A stretch of DNA of 63,385 nucleotides, the filler included, from Stramenopiles sp. TOSAG23-3 (taxonomy: Eukaryota), in NCBI GenBank assembly GCA_900128585.1. It is 19 parts of 19 records of this genome, joined end to end, with 100 filler letters (N's around TTAATTAATTAA, not from the genome) between each part and the next. Parts side by side here need not be neighbours in the genome. Positions count along the whole stretch, not along the records: positions 53,492 to 56,723 come from LT644341.1; positions 56,824 to 60,054 come from LT644342.1; positions 60,155 to 63,385 come from LT644343.1; 16 more parts are not named here. The stretch is one strand, 5' to 3'. This document shows positions 55,180 to 63,385 of the stretch, piece by piece. Numbering within the stretch: position 1 is the stretch's first letter; each line of letters starts with the position of its first letter. The position numbers and the translations under genes were made by a program. The notes under the pieces are model-generated. The model saw nothing but the letters and a program-made list of their open reading frames with translations. It searched no databases and was not told where the DNA came from.

Positions 55180-56229
55180 TCATATGTTATCACTCATGTT
55201 AAAGAAGCCGATGCCCTCTAGCTCTGCAAAAAGCGCGGCTTTGTTTCCAGTGAAAGGAAGCCAGGGCCTTCTCGCGGTTCCCAAATCAACGTCGATGAAT
55301 CGCTCGTACACAAGTCGCTCGGCGCTCCCTCCCCCGTACTTTGAAAAAATTCCCATCGCCGAGTATTTCCACGCTTGCTCTTCGCGGGCCGACTGAATGT
55401 CGCCCTGAAGATAGTGCGCCTGCATCTTCAGGTAAGTCTGGGCGAAAAAGTCTTCGGCAAGCACGACCCCTCGTCCAGAACCAAGGCCAAACGATGCAAT
55501 TTTGGGCTCAGGGGCAAACAAGAGCGCGTACGAGTCGTTGAACCGCGAAACCGCAGTGAACCAGTCGTGGTTGTCCAGCTCGACCCATTTGATGCCGATC
55601 AGGTTCGGAAACTTCACACTTGCCTGCTCCAAAAACAACGTGATCGATTTTTGAAATACATTCGGAACTATGTGGTAGTAAAAGAATGGCAGCGTCGGGG
55701 CAGCGTCCGATATTTGCTTGAGAAAGTCCAAACAGACGTCGATTTGTTCCGCCGTCGACTGTGGCTCGTACAAGTAAAATGGGGGAACGCTGGCGATAGC
55801 GTCCGCTCCGACTTGCTCTGCGTGCACGGCGAGTGCGCGGGATCGTTCGATGGAATTAGACCCAACGTGGGCCACGATGTAGATCCCATGCTTGTGGCCG
55901 GCTTCTACCCAGTACTCCACAAGAAGTTTCCTCTCTTCGTCCGTAAGCGTTTGGAACTGTCCCATAGACCCGGGAACCCAAACGAGGTTAACGCCCTGCT
56001 GTTTTGCTAGTGCAGCAAGCTTGTCCACGGTCTCTTTCGTGGCATTGAACGACCGTTCCTCATCGTCTTTAAACGGCGTGTACGGCGCGTGAAGGATGAC
56101 ATTATCCGGCAAGGCATCCAACCATTTTTGCCGCTGGCTGCTGGTACCCCCCGTGGCCTCACTCTCTGACAGCCCCATTGCCAGGACTGCCAGTACCGTA
56201 CATAAATAGAACGAACAACCCTTCATCAT
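55180..56229 (-). CDS. N-acetylneuraminate lyase/DHDPS-family aldolase with signal peptide
   Basis: APYTPF, GSMGQ (GTTGE equivalent), LTDEERK, AHVGS, GADAIASVPPFY, FFYYHI and the Schiff-base IGIKW. Confidence 0.85.
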   Translation of the reverse strand: MMKGCSFYLCTVLAVLAMGLSESEATGGTSSQRQKWLDALPDNVILHAPYTPFKDDEERSFNATKETVDKLAALAKQQGVNLVWVPGSMGQFQTLTDEERKLLVEYWVEAGHKHGIYIVAHVGSNSIERSRALAVHAEQVGADAIASVPPFYLYEPQSTAEQIDVCLDFLKQISDAAPTLPFFYYHIVPNVFQKSITLFLEQASVKFPNLIGIKWVELDNHDWFTAVSRFNDSYALLFAPEPKIASFGLGSGRGVVLAEDFFAQTYLKMQAHYLQGDIQSAREEQAWKYSAMGIFSKYGGGSAERLVYERFIDVDLGTARRPWLPFTGNKAALFAELEGIGFFNMSDNI

Positions 56230-57318
56230 GGTTTGCACTATTTTTGTATTATTATACTGTATATAGAGAGTGGTGTCGAGAAAATAAATTTCAACACACG
56301 ATTCAATCTATCCAATGTAATATATACTGCATATATTCCAGTCGTCTTCTAAATAGTACCGTACATAAAGGAATAGTCTATATAGTTATAAAAATGACGT
56401 CTGTTCTTCTCGCTCTTTCAATCATCATCTTCTTCTCTCTCTTGCTTCACTCCTTCTTCTTCTTCTTCAAGTTGAGGAGGATTGGAGAGGGATGTTTTTT
56501 TTGTTGGTTGTATGTGGTGTAAGTAAAATAAATCAGATATCCTTCTTTTTTCCCTTCTTGTTCTTCTTTCTTCTTTCTTGTTCTTTTTTTTCTTCTTGTT
56601 CTTGTTCTTGTTCTTCTTTTTCTTCTTCTTCTTCTTCTTTCTTCTTCTTTCTTCTTCTTCTTCTTCTTCTTCTTCTTCTTCTTCTTCTTCTTTTTCTTCT
56701 TCTTCTTCTTCTTTCTTCTTCTTNNNNNNNNNNNNNNNNNNNNNNNNNNNNNNNNNNNNNNNNNNNNTTAATTAATTAANNNNNNNNNNNNNNNNNNNNN
56801 NNNNNNNNNNNNNNNNNNNNNNNTTGCTGTGTAGTTGTATTAATAGTAGTACTGTAACGATAGGGATACTTCTTCTCCTATTTGGTACCTCATCCTATCT
56901 CCCCTATAAATTTTATTCTTCCTCTTTTTCTTCTTCTTCTCTACTTCTTTCTTCTATAAAGTATACTACTGTACTTCTATATAATAAAATATTATTTTAT
57001 TATTATTATTAGTCGTCCGTCTTTCTTCTTCTTCTTCTTCTTCTTCTTCTTTCTTCTCTTCTTTCTTCTTCTTTCTTCTTCTTCTTCTTCTTCTTCTTCT
57101 TTCTTCTTCTTCTTTCTTCTTCTTCTTCTTCTTCTCTTCTTCTTCTTCTTCTTCTCTTCTTTCTTCTTTTTTCGAATAATAATTATTATATATGGAGAAT
57201 ATTTTGAACCCTCTTCTCTTTTTCAACAAAACAGTTTATGAGATAAAGAAAAGTACAGTCCTTCAAGAGAAATAGGATATATTGCAACGGGGAAGACCAA
57301 GGGTGGTTTGTGTGCAGG

Positions 57319-57849
57319 ATGGATAGCTTTATTAGAATAAAGATTGCCAACGGGGAGAAAGAGCCCGTAAACGTCTCTGCCAACGATGACACGACGGTGG
57401 CGGAGTTGAAGGCAACGCTGTTTCGAATGTTCAATGTCCCGTACTCTCACCAGAAAATTTTGTTCAACAAGCGGAGGCTGGATAAGAAAGAAAATGTCGA
57501 CGTGCCTTTAAAAAAGTTTAACCTCGTCTACGGGAAGGGCAAATTCTCTTCCAAAGCGTCTTGTATTGTCTTCGAAACATTTTTCCCCCTCAAAGAGTAC
57601 CACAAGGGTGGCAAAGCGTACGCGTACGTTGGACGGGATGGGGTTTTGAAGACTTCCCCAGTCAACAGCGAAACGTTTATGGACAAATATTTGGTGGCTG
57701 CCCAGTCGTCCTTTTCAGCTCGTATTATCACATACATGTGGTCGAAGAACTACTTGACACGTTTGATCCTTGTAACGTCCCTTATGTTTTTATTTTTCTC
57801 CTTGTTCATTGGAGACCCGGTCGAGGAAACGTTTCAATCTGACCTGTGA
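57319..57849 (+). CDS. Ubiquitin-like domain protein with C-terminal TM anchor
   Basis: TTVAELKATLFRMFNVPYSHQKILFNKRRL is a UBL signature; hydrophobic C-terminal helix. Confidence 0.75.
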   Translation: MDSFIRIKIANGEKEPVNVSANDDTTVAELKATLFRMFNVPYSHQKILFNKRRLDKKENVDVPLKKFNLVYGKGKFSSKASCIVFETFFPLKEYHKGGKAYAYVGRDGVLKTSPVNSETFMDKYLVAAQSSFSARIITYMWSKNYLTRLILVTSLMFLFFSLFIGDPVEETFQSDL

Positions 57850-58266
57850 CGAGGAGCGCCAGGCCGTGGTATGCTCTGAAACGTTCCACCGGGGTGGCGA
57901 TACCGTGAACAGAATGCGCGTACGCATTTGGTTAAAATGCTTTTGGTCTGCACGGACTGGAGCGAGATGTTTCTACCACGTGTATTACGGAAGACATCAC
58001 ATTTTTAATGTTTAAGAATGCCGAAGTACGATGTTAAGGATTACGAATTCGGAACAGAGCCGGTGGTCGGCCCCGGTCTTGTTTTCATCAAACGATGGAA
58101 AATCAAAAGCAGTCCTCTCTGCGAGAGCGGTAACGATAAACACCTTATGAAGAATAAAGCATAAAAAGCGTAGTACCGATATAATGACATAAGTTTTAAT
58201 TCTTAATTTACTCGCGCGTACATTTTCCGTCAAGTACAATATTTAAGAACTTTAAGAATTATGAAG

Positions 58267-58971
58267 CTACGCCTTCATCGAATCATCGACCACGATGTCC
58301 AAAATGCGCATGGACGTGATGTATGACCTATGCCCTTGTTTCTTCTTGTACCCCTTGCGTTTTTTCTTCTTGAAAACAATAATTTTCTTATCCCTGGTCT
58401 GCTCTTCCACGGTGGCGACTACCTTCGCCCGCGGGATCACCGGACGCCCAACAATCGTTTGCGTCTTTGTGCCGACTAGCAGGACGTCTTCAAATTCTAT
58501 GGTGGTTCCAACCTTCAAATGCCCAGACCCATCTTTTAGTTTATTTGTAATGATAACGTCGTCCAAAGTTGCCTTTACCTGGGACCCACTAACTTTGAAC
58601 ACTGCAAAAATATCGCCTGCTTCATCTTTGACCCCGTTCAGCGAGTCTAGGTTATGCTTTACTATTGAAAAATGTTCACCCGTACCGTGGCCGCCGCCAA
58701 ACTGTACAGTAGGCATCGTTGGCACCAGAGGTGGCGAATCCGCCGGAGGGGGAGGGGCCGCAGGGTCCTCCTCCGCCAATTCAGAGTCCGCTGGAGGGGG
58801 AGGGGCCGCAGAGCCATCCTCCGTCGATGCAGAACCCTCCGTGGATGCAGAACCAGAACGTGTGGGCGTTCTTCCGAAGGCAGCCGTCGAGAGGCTTCGC
58901 CGGGCAGCCCCAGTACTAGCACGAGCTACCGCAAGCGTTGCCTTTGAAAAAAACGGCAACAAAACACTCAT
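58267..58971 (-). CDS. MRPL21: Mitochondrial ribosomal protein bL21m
   Basis: FAVFKVSGSQVKA, IVGRP.I..AKV.ATVEEQ and IIVFKKKKRKGYKKKQGHR; N-terminal presequence. Confidence 0.93.
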   Translation of the reverse strand: MSVLLPFFSKATLAVARASTGAARRSLSTAAFGRTPTRSGSASTEGSASTEDGSAAPPPPADSELAEEDPAAPPPPADSPPLVPTMPTVQFGGGHGTGEHFSIVKHNLDSLNGVKDEAGDIFAVFKVSGSQVKATLDDVIITNKLKDGSGHLKVGTTIEFEDVLLVGTKTQTIVGRPVIPRAKVVATVEEQTRDKKIIVFKKKKRKGYKKKQGHRSYITSMRILDIVVDDSMKA

Positions 58972-59962
58972 CTTTGTACAATCTTCAATTTCACAGCTAA
59001 AAACACGTATGTATTCAATGCAGTAAAAGACGTGAGTTGATTCTTCAACTTAAGACATGAATTACATTCATTCGTTTTCATTTTCATTTTAACTTTATAC
59101 TCCTTACTTTCGAGTCGTCCTAAAAGTACTGTACAATATTCTTCTTCGGGGAGGATGGACGGAGGAGTAGAGAAAGAATTAGAGCTGGACAAAATACTCC
59201 ACGATTAAGGAGATGTCCCTTCGGTATTATATATGCTGTGTTAGTGTTAAAGGTGTACTTTGTCGATTCGCAAATATAGTTTTTAATTCTATTTAGTTAT
59301 AATTAATATTAATAAATGATTTCATCTAAATCCGTGCATCTACAATGGATTTATTATTCCAAAAGGTCTTACATCATTATTTCTATAAACACATATCCTT
59401 AATTTTAGATGGCTTATTTAGATAGATAGAATAATTAATATATGTATTCTATTCTATAATATAGAGCTAAAATTATAGAACTAACAACTATAGAACTAAA
59501 ATAACTAGAAAGAAAGAGCAAACAGCTAACACAGAAAGAAGAAGATGAAGAATATCTATTATCTATCCTACACAATGACAGAAGAAGAAGGAAGATTCGA
59601 AAACTTCACATCTCACTACTATTTATTATAGCAAAAAATAATGGAATAATAATAATAAATTAAAACAAAGAAGAAAAGAAGAATCAATCAACTCTCTCTC
59701 TTCTCTTTTGCTTACATCCATCCATCATCCACATTGGCATATATGGATATAGGTTCTAATCTAAATAGACCTACATTTCTCATTGTGCATAGTATAGCAG
59801 AAGCTCTTTAATAATTATTGGCAGTTGCTTCTACAAGTATATTATTACTGTATACTTTAGAACCTATAGTAGGGGATGGAGGAATGAATGAATGGAATGT
59901 GGTCTCTTGTTTGTTTCTTTCTTTGTTTCTTTGTTTCTTTCTTTGTTTCTTTCTTCCTTCAC

Positions 59963-60032
<70 letters not shown>

Positions 60033-60765
60033 AGTTATTGTGTAGGATAGATAANNNNNNNNNNNNNNNNNNNNNNNNNNNNNNNNNNNNNNNNNNNNTT
60101 AATTAATTAANNNNNNNNNNNNNNNNNNNNNNNNNNNNNNNNNNNNNNNNNNNNGAACCCCAATATCTCATCTGAAGAATTAAAAACCAAATTCAAAAGA
60201 GTTTGGAGGGAAAAAGGAAAGAATCCGAATAGATTATACTTTAAATAACTTTTTAATTCTTAAAAGTAAATCCTTATTATTATACATTAATCCTATCCTG
60301 TGTGTACATATATTAAGGGCATATGTAGTATTTTATTATTGATTATATTGAACAACCAACAAAATCATCATCATTGCATCTTCTTCTTTCTTCATCTTCT
60401 TTCTTCATCTTCTTTCTTCTTACCAAGGTATTAATCTTCTTTCTTCATATCATATTATTTCATCATCATATTTTATTATTATTTTATTTTTTGGGTTCTT
60501 CTTCGTCGTTGGTTGGGTTAAATTTTTTAATTAATATTATTATAATTTTTATTAATCGGTCTATTATTATTATCACAAAAATATCGTTTTGAATCCCCAA
60601 ATTCTATTTGAGCGAATAGCTCAGAAATCACTAAAACTTGATCGATCCATCACAATAATATCGATGATTGGAAATTCCATAATTAAACCCATACATATTT
60701 TTTCAAGCCATTCGTTTGCGCCAGTAATGCGCTGCTGGACCCGGTAACAAAAACAAACAAACCAG

Positions 60766-62490
60766 ATGAAACTGCAGACTCTCGCGTGCGTGTTTCTGTG
60801 TCTGGCGACTGGGTGCGCCCGCCCTGTCGCCAACCGTAGCAACCCATCGGCTCATCCACCTCTAAATTTCCGCCCAAATTTTGTATTCATTCTAACCGAC
60901 GATCAAGATCGTATGCTGGGAAAAAAAGATGTTTACACCAATCTTGGCTCCTTGGATATCATGTCATCTTTAAAGTCTAGACTTTTGGATGAAGGTTCGA
61001 TTGTTGAAAATTTCATGGTGAACACGCCAATATGCTGCCCGTCTCGGACGGAGTTTTTCACGGGGCGATATTTTCACAACGTCGGTCCACCAGGGGATAA
61101 GAATGGGACATGCATGCACGCTGACACGACAATCGCAGGGTCTAACGAGACGGGGATGTTTGGGGTGTTCAAAAAACTAGGCTATAATGTGGGAGTCTTT
61201 GGCAAGGTAACGAACGACCAGCAAAGGATCCTGACACAAATGTCCAATGAGAACGCAGCGACTATGATTGACGCCCCGATCGACATCAACGACTACATGG
61301 GTCGACACTACTACCAATATTGGTCCACAAACCAAAGTACTCACACGGAGACCTTACCCCTGAAAGCCCCGGTATTCAAGACTGCATACCAAACGACGCA
61401 AATTGGTAATCGCACGTTGCGATGGCTGGAAAACGCAATCGACGGTGAATCGCCTTTTCTGGCTTACATTGGGCCGCACGCTCCACATTACCCGGCACAG
61501 CCCGCCCCATGGTACGAGCACGCGTTCGACAATGTGAAAGCACCGCGAACCCCAAATTACAACCTATCTTCCCCGGGAAAAGCGCAACATGTGCGACAAA
61601 ATCCCCCTTTAGACGCCCAGGTCAAATGTTGGGAAAACCAGCATTTCCGAGACCGGTGGAGCTCACTGCTTTCTGTGGACGACATTATTGAAGACGTCTA
61701 CACCATGCTTCGTGAGAAAAATGCGTTGGATACTACCTACATCCTTTTTTCCAGTGACCATGGGTACAAGCAAGGGCAGTGGCGGATTGGCACGTCAAAG
61801 CAGCACCCGTATGAAACCGACATCAGGGTTCCGTTTATCATTCGTGGCCCTGGAATTGAAAAAGGGGGAAATTACACTGCACAAATTTCTGGAAATGTAG
61901 ACGTGTTTCCGACGATGTTGGATTTAGCAGCTGGCCTTGAGTTTGTCGCATCGATGGGCATGGACGGGAAAAGTATGGCATCGTTTCTGGTTGACGGTGT
62001 CAAAGAAGACAGACAAACGGGTTGGCGAGACCACTTTTTGAATGAATACTTGTCGGTGGGTACCTATTACAACGACCATTCCGAAATCTGGCAAGACAAT
62101 AATGCAACAACGGTCCGGTGCGGCGGACCTCCTGGTGGGCTCAGCGGGCCCCGGAGTCCAGCCGGAACAAAGGTCAAAGAGTGCGTCGAAGCGGACGGGG
62201 TAGGAACTGGCGAGTGTTATTTCGTCGATTCAACTCATTCGAATTCGTGGCGACAGTTACGTATCATAAACGCTTCGATGAATTGGAATTACGTCGAGTA
62301 CGATCCCTCCTGGACTTTTGAAACTATTGGAGGGAGCTGGAAGGGACTGCAGCATTATGAACTGTACGATGTCTCCGCTGATCCATACCAAGTAAATAAT
62401 ATAGTCGAAACGACACCGGAGCACACTCGACAAGCGTTGCACGAACAGCTACAGCAATATTTTCAATGCTCTGGGAGCTCGTGCCCATAG
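60766..62490 (+). CDS. Secreted/lysosomal sulfatase, N-acetylglucosamine-6-sulfatase-like
   Basis: Signal peptide, RPNFVFILTDDQD, CCPSR formylglycine motif, PHAPH, SSDHGY and PYETDIRVPF. Confidence 0.93.
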   Translation: MKLQTLACVFLCLATGCARPVANRSNPSAHPPLNFRPNFVFILTDDQDRMLGKKDVYTNLGSLDIMSSLKSRLLDEGSIVENFMVNTPICCPSRTEFFTGRYFHNVGPPGDKNGTCMHADTTIAGSNETGMFGVFKKLGYNVGVFGKVTNDQQRILTQMSNENAATMIDAPIDINDYMGRHYYQYWSTNQSTHTETLPLKAPVFKTAYQTTQIGNRTLRWLENAIDGESPFLAYIGPHAPHYPAQPAPWYEHAFDNVKAPRTPNYNLSSPGKAQHVRQNPPLDAQVKCWENQHFRDRWSSLLSVDDIIEDVYTMLREKNALDTTYILFSSDHGYKQGQWRIGTSKQHPYETDIRVPFIIRGPGIEKGGNYTAQISGNVDVFPTMLDLAAGLEFVASMGMDGKSMASFLVDGVKEDRQTGWRDHFLNEYLSVGTYYNDHSEIWQDNNATTVRCGGPPGGLSGPRSPAGTKVKECVEADGVGTGECYFVDSTHSNSWRQLRIINASMNWNYVEYDPSWTFETIGGSWKGLQHYELYDVSADPYQVNNIVETTPEHTRQALHEQLQQYFQCSGSSCP

Positions 62491-62582
62491 TTGTAAATTA
62501 GAGACGGCGACAGAGTGCAAAACCAGAGTGTAGGCGCGTGTTGAATTTTTACTTAAAGTCGCAGTACATTTTAATTTTAATT

Positions 62583-63385
62583 TTACTTTCCCAAGCTGAT
62601 TTCATTCCCAAGCTCTGCACTATCGTCTTCAGCGCACAACCCTGCGGCAACTTGGGGGTCGGTGATTTCTACCTCGTTGGAGATCTCTGACCAGGCGTCA
62701 TCGGCCTCCGTTTGAAGGCTTTCTATTTGGCCCACATCTTCTTCATGTGCTATCATTTTATATCCATCCTCTGCTACAGTATCTCCCTGCGATATATTGA
62801 CTGTTTGATCACCATTTCCAATGCCGTCGTCTGACTCGTTGGAAATGTCTGAAAGGGCATCGTCAGAAATCGTTCCAAAGCTCAATTTCCTATCAAGTTC
62901 ATTCGAACGGTTGGCCTCCGAGTCCTCCCCCACTTCGCCCCCCCCCCTACAGTAGAATCTGCATGCATGTATACATTTTTGTTTTCGCCTTCTTCGGAGA
63001 TGGACAAGCTCTCTTGCGGCATTGTTTGCCGTAGTTCTAGCTTGCCGAATAGCTCGCGGAGAGCCGCGTGTCCCCGACGTCCCCGCCTGGATATTCTTTT
63101 ACTCTTTTTCCTGCGCTCGGACCCATCCGTCCCATTTCTCATTGCCTCTACCCGTCTTTGTACTTTTTCCTGTTGGCGCCTACTCTTCGCGATCGAGTTC
63201 GGCGCGGACGTTTTTGTAATACGCGGTAACGGTGGTGGGCTTGTATTGTCGTTCCAAGGCGTGCATCGATGATTTGTTCTTTCAGCCCCGTATCTACGTC
63301 TGTGGCACTTTTTCCCCCGCCGGCGCCGTCGTTTCCTCCTGTTCCTTTCTAACTGCGGCGACCCAATGCTCGTTTTTATTGGTGA
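62583..63385 (-). CDS. C-terminal fragment of an unknown low-complexity protein; probable frameshift in the C-run near 62937-62947
   Basis: The frame is open from the window end through ORF 62882..63142 and continues in ORF 62583..62933 across the homopolymer. Confidence 0.45.

Noticed and set aside
58735-58856. Short internal duplications in MRPL21 (PPPPADS x2, GSASTE x2)
   Set aside because: This is ordinary slippage in a disordered linker after the presequence.

Overview
Eukaryotic DNA, most likely a heterotrophic flagellated stramenopile (inferred from BBS5, an outer-dynein-arm docking-like protein and a CryptonS-type element). The window is not a contiguous locus. It is 19 unlinked contigs of about 3.23-3.26 kb in roughly descending size order, joined by artificial 100-nt N44-TTAATTAATTAA-N44 linkers, so adjacency across linkers means nothing. 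Genes are compact and almost all intronless, and are flanked by AT-rich microsatellite spacers. Several frameshifts sit in G/C homopolymers and are probably sequencing errors. Recognisable genes include ATG3, a SET-domain methyltransferase, a Crypton tyrosine recombinase, TSET sigma subunit (TSPOON), STT3 with an ankyrin tail, a cadherin-repeat protein, a GPCR, a UCP-like carrier, BBS5, VPS45, MED14, TMEM151, HAL, an NPL-like aldolase, MRPL21 and a sulfatase. The standout is a tRNA-Gln(CUG) gene (39755-39898) interrupted in its D-stem by a 72-nt intron with the canonical spliceosomal signals (GTAAGT donor, CTAAC branch point, CAG acceptor, AG|G insertion site). The ORF track also missed a selenoprotein H gene (in-frame TGA in CxxU plus a SECIS element) and a 50-70 bp dispersed motif found just 3' of several genes. 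All family assignments come from motif recognition; no searches were run.
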